From the IMG/VR virus record IMGVR_UViG_3300002143_000037, positions 1 to 57,812 of that record: a DNA stretch of 57,812 nucleotides; one strand, 5' to 3'. Made by a program: the position numbers and the translations under genes. This DNA is from a virus. Positions 6,137 to 15,433 of the stretch are shown piece by piece (positions within the stretch are counted from its first letter, which is position 1; each line of letters starts with the position of its first letter). The notes under the pieces were generated by a model that had not been told where the DNA came from, ran no database searches, and worked only from the letters and a program-made list of their open reading frames with translations.

Positions 6137-8227
6137 ATGGCACTCATTGATAAACCTTCTAACGATAAGACACTAGCTCTTGATGACTCACCGAAGAGTG
6201 AGGACGACTTTCAAGCTCGTGGAATCATCAGCTTCATTGAAAAGCGCTATACCAAATCGGAAGAGTCTCGTCGCACTGACGAAGATCGTTGGCTCCGTGC
6301 CTATCGAAACTATCGTGGTCTGTATGGCCCTGATGTTAAGTTCACTGAGACAGAGAAGAGCCGTGTATTTGTGAAGGTGACAAAGACTAAGACGCTTGCT
6401 GCGTATGGTCAGATTACCGATGTGTTGTTTTCTAACAACAAGTTTCCTTTGAGCATTGACCCATCTGTATTACCTGAAGGTGTAGCAGAGTCTGTACATT
6501 TCGATCCAAAGAACCCAGACACAGCACCACCATCCATTCCATTCGGTGAAGAAGGCGCTGCCAGCATTGGTAAAGACTTTGACTTGGATACGCTGGAGCA
6601 AATGCTTGGCAGTTTGAAAGAAGAACTGAAGGATGTTCCCGGTCTCAAGATGGGTGCTGGACAGACACCAACGTCTGTGACGTTTAGTCCTGCTATGGTG
6701 GCAGCTAAGAAGATGGAGAAGAAAATCCATGACCAGCTTGACGAGAGCGGTGCAAGTAAACATCTCCGTGCTTCAGCATTTGAGATGGCATTGTTTGGTA
6801 CAGGTGTGATGAAGGGTCCGTTTGCTGTCAACAAAGAATATCCCAACTGGACAGAAGACGGTACATACAAACCAACAATCAAGACAGTACCGGAAGCATC
6901 ACACGTTTCAATCTGGAACTTCTATTGGGATCCTGACGCAAACAATACAGAAGACTGCCAGTATGTTATTGAGCGTCACAAGATGTCGCGTACACAGCTA
7001 CGTGCTTTGAAGCGTCGACCACACTTCCGTAAGAACGTCATTGACCAACTCATTGAACAAGGCGAAACCTACATCAAGAAGTATTGGGAAGATGACTTGC
7101 GTGACTACGCTCCCAACTTTGACGTTGATCGCTTTGAAGTGTTGGAGTATTGGGGTAACGTAGACATTGAGTTGTTGGAAGAGAATGACATCAACATCCC
7201 AGCAGAGTATGCTGACGGTGATGAACTGCAAGCTAACATTTGGTATTGCAACGGCAAAATCATTCGCTTGGTATTGAACCCATTCAAGCCTGCAAAGATT
7301 CCATACTACGCTGTTCCTTATGAACTCAACCCATATAGCTTAGCTGGTGTTGGTATTGCAGAGAACATGGACGACACACAGACGTTGATGAATGGCTTCA
7401 TGCGTATGGCTGTTGACAACGCTGTGTTGTCAGGCAACCTCGTCTTTGAAGTTGATGAGACCAACCTTGTCCCCGGTCAAGACATGTCAGTGTATCCCGG
7501 TAAAGTGTTTCGTCGTCAAGGCGGTGCTCCCGGCCAAAGCTTGTTCGGTACTAAGTTTCCTAACGTGTCTCAAGAGAACCTGCAGTTGTTTGATAAAGCT
7601 CGTCAGCTTGCCGATGAATCGACAGGTATGCCTTCGTTTGCTCACGGCCAAACTGGTGTGAGTGGTGTTGGTCGCACAGCATCTGGCATCTCTATGTTGA
7701 TGAACGCTGCTGGTGGTTCTATTAAGACCGTCATTAAGAACGTTGACGACTACTTGATTAACCCACTTGGTAAAGCATTCTTCAGCTTCAACATGCAGTT
7801 TGATTTTGATCCAGAGATCAGAGGTGACTTGGAAGTGAATGCTCGTGGTACTGAATCGTTGATGGCTACAGAAGTTCGTTCACAACGACTGATGCAGTTC
7901 TTGCAGATTGTTAGCAATCCCGCACTGATGCCATTCGCTAAGATGCCCTACATCATCCGTGAGATTGCTAAGTCTATGGACTTGGATCAGGACAAGGTTA
8001 CTAACAACATGGATGAGGCTGCTCGTCAGGCTGCATTGATGCAGCCTCCTGCCGCCGCTGGTGCTCCACCCGCCGCTGGTGCTCCACCTGTACCGGGAAC
8101 TGGCGTAGCTGACATGACAGGTGGTGGTGCTGGCAACATCGGTGTTGGTGCTGCTCCTGCACCGGGTGAGCAAGGCTTTGCTGGTAACACCGCTGGTCAA
8201 CCACCACAACCTCCACAGGCTGCTTAA
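6137..8227 (+). CDS. portal protein
   Basis: A 696-aa ORF directly after terL, the canonical portal position and size. It has a Pro/Ala/Gly-rich C-terminal tail (PPAAAGAPPAAGAPPVPG...). Confidence 0.75.
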   Translation: MALIDKPSNDKTLALDDSPKSEDDFQARGIISFIEKRYTKSEESRRTDEDRWLRAYRNYRGLYGPDVKFTETEKSRVFVKVTKTKTLAAYGQITDVLFSNNKFPLSIDPSVLPEGVAESVHFDPKNPDTAPPSIPFGEEGAASIGKDFDLDTLEQMLGSLKEELKDVPGLKMGAGQTPTSVTFSPAMVAAKKMEKKIHDQLDESGASKHLRASAFEMALFGTGVMKGPFAVNKEYPNWTEDGTYKPTIKTVPEASHVSIWNFYWDPDANNTEDCQYVIERHKMSRTQLRALKRRPHFRKNVIDQLIEQGETYIKKYWEDDLRDYAPNFDVDRFEVLEYWGNVDIELLEENDINIPAEYADGDELQANIWYCNGKIIRLVLNPFKPAKIPYYAVPYELNPYSLAGVGIAENMDDTQTLMNGFMRMAVDNAVLSGNLVFEVDETNLVPGQDMSVYPGKVFRRQGGAPGQSLFGTKFPNVSQENLQLFDKARQLADESTGMPSFAHGQTGVSGVGRTASGISMLMNAAGGSIKTVIKNVDDYLINPLGKAFFSFNMQFDFDPEIRGDLEVNARGTESLMATEVRSQRLMQFLQIVSNPALMPFAKMPYIIREIAKSMDLDQDKVTNNMDEAARQAALMQPPAAAGAPPAAGAPPVPGTGVADMTGGGAGNIGVGAAPAPGEQGFAGNTAGQPPQPPQAA

Positions 8228-8439
8228 TGGAAAAGGCGTTTCTACCAAAGCTCAAGGGCATGCTTAACAGCCCTCATTTGTGGGATGCCTTCGTCGATAA
8301 GCTTGACTATGACATTGCACAGCAGCAACGCAATCTTGAACAAGCAACAGACCTGCAACAACTGTTTAAGGCACAAGGTGCAATTGCTGCTTTGCGTCAT
8401 TTGAAATATCTCAAAGATGAGATAAACAGTAAGGACTAA
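8227..8439 (+). CDS. hypothetical protein (70 aa)
   Basis: TAATG coupling to portal. Helical and Gln-rich. Confidence 0.55.
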   Translation: MEKAFLPKLKGMLNSPHLWDAFVDKLDYDIAQQQRNLEQATDLQQLFKAQGAIAALRHLKYLKDEINSKD

Positions 8440-8440
8440 C

Positions 8441-9892
8441 ATGGGAATCGCAAGCGCTCTTTTTAAAAAACCACTGGCCTCTTCAATGAAGAAGATGGCT
8501 GGTGAAGTGTCTAGTGATGTCCTACCAAAAGCAGCATCATCAATTGTTGCAGATGTTCCAGTAGAAAAGCTCATCCCTGATAGTATTGTTAATAAACCAA
8601 CACCACAGCAGATTGAAAGAATGGCTGTTCAACCTGATACAGCGCCTATTGATCCGTTCGTTGCTAAGCGAATCGATAGAACTGAAGACTTCGGTGTAGA
8701 GCCAGAACTGCTTGCAAAAGAAAATGAAGATGCATTTCAGGTTCTTGGTGTAACTCCAGAAGTTAAAGACCAGTGGCGAAAAGATAATAAGAGTTCTTTG
8801 CGAAAAGGTTTGCTTCCTGAAATTGAAGACGCAGCACAGAAGCTTTTTGATAACAAGATTGATGCTGATGAGTTTAAAGCTCTGTCTGATGCTAAGCAGC
8901 CAATTGTTCCAATGGACAATGTTCCAGAAGTTCCATCGTTTAATGACATTACAAATGCACTAACCGAAGAACAGGTTAAGAAGGGCATCATTGGTGTCAA
9001 CCTTAAGCTTCCGGCAAACGAAAGAGTTTCATCGCGCCTTGATATTCCGGCATATAACGACTACAACACTTGGGTGGTATCACTCCACGACGGAACTAAG
9101 AAGAGTGGTGCTGCTATTGGTTATGCTAAAACTGCTGTGCTGAAGAACGTCGAGTTTGTTTCTGATTCAAAAGTAGCCCTTGATATTGCTCGACGCAAGC
9201 CACTTGCTAGTGGTAGAAAAATGGGTAAGGCAACAATTGCTAGGATCTTTGGCGACTGGGTTCCTCACGATCCCGATACTGCTAAAGCCTATGCCGAGAA
9301 AGTATTTAAAGAAGAAGGCTGGTCACAGGTTGGTATGAATCCGTACCGTGCTAGTTACTTCTATGATAAGGCAGACGGCATGCCTGTAGTTTCTGCTGAT
9401 GAGGTAGTTCAGATTGGGCCACTTGTTATGGCAAAGAACGTTAAGAAGACAACACCGAAAGATCCAATGTTTAAAGTAAATCCCAAAGATGAAGCTAGTC
9501 CAACCTTTGCTGCTGGTGGTGCTGTAACTCAAACAAACCGATTGTTCGCCGAAGGTGGCGTAATGCAACAGGGTGGCACAGTCGATCCTGTATCTGGCAA
9601 TGAAGTGCCACCCGGTGCTATGCAAGAAGAAGTAAGGGATGATATTGATGCTAAGCTGAGCGAGGGTGAGTTTGTTTTCCCTGCTGATGTTGTGCGATTC
9701 TATGGTTTGGAAAAACTAATGATGATGCGTGACAAAGCCAAGATTGGCTTGCAGAAGATGAACGACATTGGTCAGATGGGTAATGCTGAAGAAGTACCGG
9801 ACGGTGAAGCTTTGTTTGGTGGTGGTGAGGATGAGATGGATGATGAGATGTTCTCGTCTGAGATTGATTCAATCATGAGCGAAGAGGGTTAA
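8441..9892 (+). CDS. virion-module protein (483 aa) with acidic C-terminus
   Basis: Located between portal and scaffold. It contains KPTPQQIERMAVQP (shared with 31788..35360), relaxed motifs FAAGGAV and FAEGGVM, and the tail GGGEDEMDDEMFSSEIDSIMSEEG. Confidence 0.7.
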   Translation: MGIASALFKKPLASSMKKMAGEVSSDVLPKAASSIVADVPVEKLIPDSIVNKPTPQQIERMAVQPDTAPIDPFVAKRIDRTEDFGVEPELLAKENEDAFQVLGVTPEVKDQWRKDNKSSLRKGLLPEIEDAAQKLFDNKIDADEFKALSDAKQPIVPMDNVPEVPSFNDITNALTEEQVKKGIIGVNLKLPANERVSSRLDIPAYNDYNTWVVSLHDGTKKSGAAIGYAKTAVLKNVEFVSDSKVALDIARRKPLASGRKMGKATIARIFGDWVPHDPDTAKAYAEKVFKEEGWSQVGMNPYRASYFYDKADGMPVVSADEVVQIGPLVMAKNVKKTTPKDPMFKVNPKDEASPTFAAGGAVTQTNRLFAEGGVMQQGGTVDPVSGNEVPPGAMQEEVRDDIDAKLSEGEFVFPADVVRFYGLEKLMMMRDKAKIGLQKMNDIGQMGNAEEVPDGEALFGGGEDEMDDEMFSSEIDSIMSEEG

Positions 9893-9895
9893 TGT

Positions 9896-10057
9896 ATGCC
9901 ATCAGGACCACCACCAAGACCAAGTCAAGCTCAGATTGAGCGTGAGAAAATGAATATGCACTTCACAATGAAGCAGCAAGAGTTTGAGGCTGAAGCTCAG
10001 TTGAAGGCTATGAAGGTCGGCGCTGGCATTACTTCCAACATTGAAATTCCGGGGTAA
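9896..10057 (+). CDS. small protein (53 aa), not in the supplied ORF track
   Basis: My own translation: MPSGPPPRPSQAQIEREKMNMHFTMKQQEFEAEAQLKAMKVGAGITSNIEIPG. GAGGG lies about 9 nt upstream, and the ORF fills the gap between two genes. Confidence 0.45.
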   Translation: MPSGPPPRPSQAQIEREKMNMHFTMKQQEFEAEAQLKAMKVGAGITSNIEIPG

Positions 10058-10060
10058 TTG

Positions 10061-12019
10061 ATGGCAACAAAAACTGTTTGGATTCAAGATGGCGACAATT
10101 CTCGCTACGAAACAATTGACGTACCTGATGCTGCGCCAGCACCTGCGCCAGCCCAAGTAACAAATGAACAAGTTGCTGCAATTGATCGGCTTGCTAAACA
10201 AATATTAGCGCAAAACATAACAGACAAATGGTCAGGTCAGGGATTTGGTTCGGCTGAAGCCAATGCTAAAGACATGGCAAAGATTCTTGATGGTATTGGC
10301 ATTACTGACATTAGACAGTTTGGACAGTTTGAAACAACTGTAAATAAACAACAAAAAGTTGTACCAGAGTATCGGACAATCGATGTAGGTGATAGTACTC
10401 AGAGCGTTCCTACAGGACGTTATTACATTCCTGCATATTCACAAGTAGGCGATTCTGAGCAACTGACAGGAAAGCAATATGTTGATCCCTCTTCTGTAAA
10501 AACATCAGAGGTCATTGAGGGAGATAATAGTTATACAACATACACAGCCTCAATACCAACAAAAGAGCTTGCTTACGGCAATAAAGAAACAGGAAAAGTC
10601 GTTCCTAACACCTATAGTGAAAGACAGACAGGAAATGCTTGGGGCGGTACTTTTGCTGGAAGTGGTAACACTGGCTACCGAGTGCAGTTTGCACCTGATG
10701 GCACTCCTGTTTTTTACACTACAGGCGCATCAAGCAGTGACCTTGGTGATTTGATGCCCATCATATCTGTTGCTCTGATGGCTACCGGGGCTGGTGCAGG
10801 TTTGGGCGCAGCTTTGATGGGTGGCTCTTCAGTCGCAGCTACAGCACTTGGTTCAGGAATTATCAGTGGTGTTATGGCAGAGGCCACAGGTGGTGACTTT
10901 ATTAAAGGGGCTATAACAGGAGCTGTTGGTGCTGGTGTTGGTGCTTATGCTGGTGATCTTGGCGCTGCTCTCGGTGTAACCAATCCTGATATTGCTAAAG
11001 CGGTTGGTGGCGCAATCATACAGGGCGCTGCTTCTGAGGCAGCAGGTGGTGATTTCATTGATGGAGCTATTGCTGGTGCATTATCCGGATCTGGTCAAAA
11101 GGCAGGAGAGCTATTGGGTCTCACTGGACAAGTCGCTTCTACCGTTGGAACCTCTATTGTTAAAGGTGTTGTTGCTGAAGTTCAAGGTAAAGACGTAACT
11201 GACGCAATGATTGCTGGTGCAGTGTCTGGTGCTCTTAGCTATAAGACTCCTGAAACAACTGTGCAAACTGCAGAAGAGATGGACAAGACTTTCCAAGAAG
11301 ATATGGCAAAGCTTGGTATTACCTCTACAGACTTAAACATTGGTCCTAAAACAGAAGACGTTCTTGCTTCAAGCTTTCAAGAAGACATGACCAATCTTGG
11401 TATTGTTTCTACCGAGGCTCCACCGCCTTCTGAGTATCAGTTCACTAAAGACTTTGGTACAGGTACAGACTACTCTTTGACAACAGGTGTGACCTTCCCG
11501 AAAGAGGGTATCAATGTTGACGAAGTTAAAGATGCTGGAGCAACCGTTGGTGAATCCCCAGTTGATTACAGCTTAAATGTAAACGCTCCTTTTGATGGTC
11601 TGCAAATGCCAACATCACCAAACCTTGATGGTATGGGTGGCGGTCAGGGTCTTACTGTTAAGACACCAGATGGTGTGTTGTCTGAAGAAGGTGTTACCAA
11701 AACAGGTACTGCCTCTGACTTAGGCGATCCAGACTCTTTCATTAACAAACCAGCCCCTGATGTTCCAGAAGATAGTCTTGATTGGAAAGCCGGATTGAAG
11801 ACAGCAATGGGTCTTGTTGGTGGCGCAACTGCTGGTTTAGCTGCTACAAAATCTACACGTACTCCTTCTACACCTGTGAACCTAAACTATGGTGACATCT
11901 ACAAAGATGCACCAATCAAAGGCTTTGCTATGCGTAAAGGCGAAGACGGTAAATACACACCCTATATTGGTGATAAGGCACAGCTTGCTAAAGGTGGCTT
12001 AGCATCTCGTCGTAAATAA
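10061..12019 (+). CDS. Gly/Ala-rich glycine-zipper protein ending in AKGGLASRRK (candidate internal/ejection protein)
   Basis: ATG at 10061 (the listed start is TTG 10058). The central region of about 200 aa has GxxxG/AxxxG repeats and duplicated E(A)xGGDFI(K/D)GAI(T/A)GA. The C-terminus is QLAKGGLASRRK. Confidence 0.75.
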   Translation: MATKTVWIQDGDNSRYETIDVPDAAPAPAPAQVTNEQVAAIDRLAKQILAQNITDKWSGQGFGSAEANAKDMAKILDGIGITDIRQFGQFETTVNKQQKVVPEYRTIDVGDSTQSVPTGRYYIPAYSQVGDSEQLTGKQYVDPSSVKTSEVIEGDNSYTTYTASIPTKELAYGNKETGKVVPNTYSERQTGNAWGGTFAGSGNTGYRVQFAPDGTPVFYTTGASSSDLGDLMPIISVALMATGAGAGLGAALMGGSSVAATALGSGIISGVMAEATGGDFIKGAITGAVGAGVGAYAGDLGAALGVTNPDIAKAVGGAIIQGAASEAAGGDFIDGAIAGALSGSGQKAGELLGLTGQVASTVGTSIVKGVVAEVQGKDVTDAMIAGAVSGALSYKTPETTVQTAEEMDKTFQEDMAKLGITSTDLNIGPKTEDVLASSFQEDMTNLGIVSTEAPPPSEYQFTKDFGTGTDYSLTTGVTFPKEGINVDEVKDAGATVGESPVDYSLNVNAPFDGLQMPTSPNLDGMGGGQGLTVKTPDGVLSEEGVTKTGTASDLGDPDSFINKPAPDVPEDSLDWKAGLKTAMGLVGGATAGLAATKSTRTPSTPVNLNYGDIYKDAPIKGFAMRKGEDGKYTPYIGDKAQLAKGGLASRRK

Positions 12020-12143
12020 GCTACAATAGAAATACCAAAGTCTGTGGTGGGCAGACTGGTACTTAATAACACCCACCATCATTGGCTACCTGACTCCGGG
12101 ACAACATGTCCCCTACAGCGCAGCCCCAACTTAAAAGGTATTT

Positions 12144-13016
12144 ATGACTGAAGTAGTCTTGGAACAAAAAGCACAGGCGGTAGCAATTGCACCGTTCGGT
12201 AAACGCAACACCAACCGTGAGCGTATTGAACGTGAAGAGGCAGAGATTAAACAACTCACTGAAGGTGGCGCTGAAAAAGCTGCAGCTTCTGAAGAGACTA
12301 TTGAAGACGACAGCAATTTGTCAGCAGAAGAGAAAAGCTTTAAGAAGCGTTATGGTGATCTTCGCCGCCATTCACAGCAGCAACAGGTTTCTCTTCAGAA
12401 ACAAATTGATGAGTTGCGTAGTCAGCTTACTCAGTCTACAGAGAAACAAATCAAGCTGCCAACGAATGAAGAAGACTTGGCTAAGTGGGCAGCAACATAT
12501 CCCGATGTGGCAAAGATTGTAGAAACCATCGCCATTAAGAAAGCTAAAGAGCAAACTGCTTCTATGGAGCAACGCTTTGCAGCATTGGATGAACAAGAGA
12601 AACTAACAGCACGTGAGAAGGCTGAACTGGAACTCACAAAGATTCATCCAGACTTTGATGCAATTCGAGACACTGATGACTTCCATAACTGGGCAGACGA
12701 ACAACCAGCTTGGGTACAACAAGCCCTGTATGAGAATGATACAGATGCTCGTTCTGCTGCTCGTGCCATTGATCTGTATAAGATTGATCGCAACATTGGT
12801 AAGTCGAAGCCGAAGAAGGAAGATGCTTCTGCTGCACAGGGCATCCGTACCCGTGGCGAACGATCTGCCCCAACTGGTAAAGACACCGAAGGCGTAATCT
12901 ATGAGTCACAAGTGGCTAAGATGACTAGCCGACAGTATGAAGCCAATGAAGCCGCTATCAATGCAGCAATGCAAAGTGGTAAGTTTGTATACGATTTAAG
13001 TGCTGGCGCACGATAA
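12144..13016 (+). CDS. scaffolding protein (candidate)
   Basis: A 290-aa Glu/Lys/Gln/Ala-rich helical protein in the pre-capsid position. Confidence 0.5.
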   Translation: MTEVVLEQKAQAVAIAPFGKRNTNRERIEREEAEIKQLTEGGAEKAAASEETIEDDSNLSAEEKSFKKRYGDLRRHSQQQQVSLQKQIDELRSQLTQSTEKQIKLPTNEEDLAKWAATYPDVAKIVETIAIKKAKEQTASMEQRFAALDEQEKLTAREKAELELTKIHPDFDAIRDTDDFHNWADEQPAWVQQALYENDTDARSAARAIDLYKIDRNIGKSKPKKEDASAAQGIRTRGERSAPTGKDTEGVIYESQVAKMTSRQYEANEAAINAAMQSGKFVYDLSAGAR

Positions 13017-13019
13017 TTG

Positions 13020-13049
13020 TTGACACAGACTGAAAAAGTCTGGTATAAC
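13020..13049 (+). promoter_or_regulatory. Sigma70-like promoter candidate (TTGACA-N18-TATAAC, extended -10 TGg)
   Basis: TTGACA at 13020..13025, TG at 13041..13042, TATAAC at 13044..13049. The spacer contains the hairpin CAGACT-GAAAA-AGTCTG. Confidence 0.55.
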
Positions 13050-13126
13050 TTTTAACAGGATGAAAAGGGTAGCTCCCCTGACACTGCCGATTCAGTGTCT
13101 AGTCCTTTATCTAATCGGGGATTGAA

Positions 13127-13687
13127 ATGAATGATGTTAAGACTTGCAGTTGTTGCAAGGTTGAGAAGCCTTTGGTTGAGTTTGGTAAATCCAGCAAAGC
13201 CAGTGGTTCAGGTTACAAAGCTGTCTGTAAGATTTGTTTAGCTGAGAAGTTGAGGATGTGGCGACTTGCTAATCCTGAGAAGGCTAAAGAACGAGACAGG
13301 ATTTGGGCCAGTAATAATAAAGATAAGATTAGTGAAAAGAATAAAAAACGATACACTAACTTAACTCTGGATCAGAAGTTTGCTCAACTGGTTAAGACAG
13401 CGAGTGAACGTAAACGAATGAATTGTTTTATCACTGTTGAACATCTTCATGATGTTTGGCAGCGACAAAAGGGTCTGTGTGCTTATACTAAGTTGCCGCT
13501 ATCTAGCGAAGCTCACCAACTTAATACAGTAAGCCTAGACCGAATCGATAGTGACAAGGACTATGTCTCTGACAATATTCAGCTAGTCTGTGTACCTATC
13601 AATGTGATGAAGAGTGATATGACTGAGTCTCAGTTTGTTCAGCTTTGTCAGTTAGTAACGCAAAACGTTAGTAAGCAGACAACCTAG
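13127..13687 (+). CDS. HNH-like (homing-type) endonuclease, free-standing
   Basis: N-terminal Cys cluster CSCCKVEKP..CKIC. C-terminal VSLDRIDSDKDYVSDNIQLVCVPINVMK resembles the DHID..N..N..K core of HNH_3-type nucleases with H replaced by R. It is flanked by its own intergenic regions between scaffold and capsid genes. Confidence 0.55.
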   Translation: MNDVKTCSCCKVEKPLVEFGKSSKASGSGYKAVCKICLAEKLRMWRLANPEKAKERDRIWASNNKDKISEKNKKRYTNLTLDQKFAQLVKTASERKRMNCFITVEHLHDVWQRQKGLCAYTKLPLSSEAHQLNTVSLDRIDSDKDYVSDNIQLVCVPINVMKSDMTESQFVQLCQLVTQNVSKQTT

Positions 13688-13814
13688 TTGATCTAGCCTA
13701 TACGAATATCCTAATAGCTAGGGGATATTCTTATACACCTAGAAGAGACAGCCCTGTGGACTATGTCAGCGTATGTTTTATATGTATGCCAATATATCTA
13801 TAGGAGATTTTAAA

Positions 13815-14885
13815 ATGGCTTTTCCTTCCGCACCCGGCTACGGCAACCTGCCCAATGGTAACTTCTCTGCTGTTATTTACAGTAAGAAAGTACAACTCGC
13901 GTTTCGCAAATCATCTGTCGTCGAAGACATTACCAACAACGATTACTTCGGTGAAATTGCGCAGATGGGGGATTCAGTAAAGATAATTAAAGAGCCAGAA
14001 GTTTCGGTTCAGCCCTACAAGCGTGGTACTCAAATCACTGCTCAGGACTTGGACGACGAAGACTTCACACTGGTTGTTGACCAGTCGAACTTCTTTGCTT
14101 TCAAAATCGACGATATCGAAGCTGCTCACTCGCATGTAAACTTCATGCAAATGGCTACTGACCGCGCTGCCTATCGCTTGCGTGACCAGTATGACCAAGA
14201 CGTGTTGGGCTACTTGTCCGGCTACACCCAGTCCGCTCTGCATGCCGTTGCTGACACTGCCCGTACTACCGCTCCCGGTACTAAGGCTGTCGCATCCGCT
14301 GGTGCTGACGAACTGTTGTCCACCATGAAGCTGATCAAAGGTAGCTTCGGTAACATCACTACCGCTTCTGCTGGTGATCATTCCATTCCTTTGGCTCCAC
14401 GCCTGCCCGGTGCAACTGCACTGCCCACTGCCACTTCATCGCCTTTGGCTGTGATCGCACGTATGGGTCGTTTGTTGGATCAGCAGTTTGTTGACACCCA
14501 AGGTCGTTGGTTGGTCGTCGACCCAGTGTTCATCGAAATGTTGAAGGACGAAGACAGCCGTCTGTTGAACTCCGACTTCGGTGGTTCCGGTCTGCAAAAC
14601 GGTTTGGTCATCAACAACCTGCACGGCTTCCGTGTGTATGTGTCGAACAACACTCCAAAGGTTGGCACTGGCCCCGGTACTTCTGGTACTGCTAACCAGA
14701 ACAGCAACTTCGGTGTTATCGTTGCTGGTCAAGACGCTGCTGTGGCAACTGCTCAGCAGATCAACAAGACCGAGACCTACCGCGATCCCGACAGCTTTGC
14801 TGACATCGTGCGTGGTATGCACCTGTATGGTCGTAAGATCTTGCGTCCTGAAGCCATCGTAACTGCAAAGTACAACGTGGCCTAA
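13815..14885 (+). CDS. major capsid protein
   Basis: AGGAG SD before ATG 13815, 356 aa, followed by a strong terminator. From memory, the N-terminal FSAVIYSKKVQLAFRKSSVVEDITNNDYFGEI..GDSVKI pattern resembles P22-coat-like/HK97-fold capsid proteins. Confidence 0.8.
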   Translation: MAFPSAPGYGNLPNGNFSAVIYSKKVQLAFRKSSVVEDITNNDYFGEIAQMGDSVKIIKEPEVSVQPYKRGTQITAQDLDDEDFTLVVDQSNFFAFKIDDIEAAHSHVNFMQMATDRAAYRLRDQYDQDVLGYLSGYTQSALHAVADTARTTAPGTKAVASAGADELLSTMKLIKGSFGNITTASAGDHSIPLAPRLPGATALPTATSSPLAVIARMGRLLDQQFVDTQGRWLVVDPVFIEMLKDEDSRLLNSDFGGSGLQNGLVINNLHGFRVYVSNNTPKVGTGPGTSGTANQNSNFGVIVAGQDAAVATAQQINKTETYRDPDSFADIVRGMHLYGRKILRPEAIVTAKYNVA

Positions 14886-14893
14886 ATGAAACA

Positions 14894-14922
14894 GGGGAAG
14901 CTCACAAGGCTTCCCCGTTTCT
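14894..14922 (+). terminator. Rho-independent terminator after capsid gene
   Basis: GGGGAAGC-loop-GCTTCCCC followed by GTTTCT. Confidence 0.8.
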
Positions 14923-14948
14923 ACATCAATCAATAAAGGAACTTTAAA

Positions 14949-15356
14949 ATGGCTCTCTCTCAAACCGTTGCTAAGCTGGCCCGTGTGGTCGAAGCTACTG
15001 TAACTCTCCCAACTACTTCCGGTACTGTTACCGCTGTGTCGTTGCCTGCTGGTTGTGTTGTGCTGGCTGCTGGTGTTGTCACCACTGTTGCCATCGCTGG
15101 CTCCACTGGCTACACCGTCGATCTGAGCATTGGCTCTACTGACGTGCAGTCGGCTCTGGACATCCAAGCCGCTACTGTTGGCACTATCACTGTGGAAGCT
15201 GCTGTGCCAGTTGCCACTGCTGTTGCTGACACTCTGGACGTTGTTGCTACCGTCACTGGTACTGCCACTGCTGGTGCTGTGCGTGTGTGGGCTTTGGTGT
15301 TGGACATGTCCACCATCCCCGGTCCTGACGAAGTCGACCGCGACCAACTGGCCTAA
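14949..15356 (+). CDS. Val/Thr/Ala-rich small structural protein (possible head decoration protein)
   Basis: 135 aa with an AAAGGA SD, bracketed by terminators directly after the capsid gene. The function is inferred from position only. Confidence 0.6.
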   Translation: MALSQTVAKLARVVEATVTLPTTSGTVTAVSLPAGCVVLAAGVVTTVAIAGSTGYTVDLSIGSTDVQSALDIQAATVGTITVEAAVPVATAVADTLDVVATVTGTATAGAVRVWALVLDMSTIPGPDEVDRDQLA

Positions 15357-15375
15357 TCTTTTAGGCTGACCTAAG

Positions 15376-15412
15376 AGGGAGGGTCTTTAACGAGGCTCTC
15401 CCTTTTGTTGTT
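15376..15412 (+). terminator. Rho-independent terminator
   Basis: A stem of about 10 bp, AGGGAGGGTC/GGCTCTCCCT (two G-U pairs), followed by TTTTGTTGTTT. Confidence 0.7.
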
Positions 15413-15433
15413 TGAAATACATAGGAACATATC

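Noticed and set aside
14436-15347. 303-aa ORF antisense to the capsid and decoration genes
   Set aside because: It lies entirely opposite two well-supported, SD-preceded, terminator-flanked genes. The translation is a Ser/Thr/Gly/His-rich low-complexity product, typical of a shadow ORF created by codon bias.
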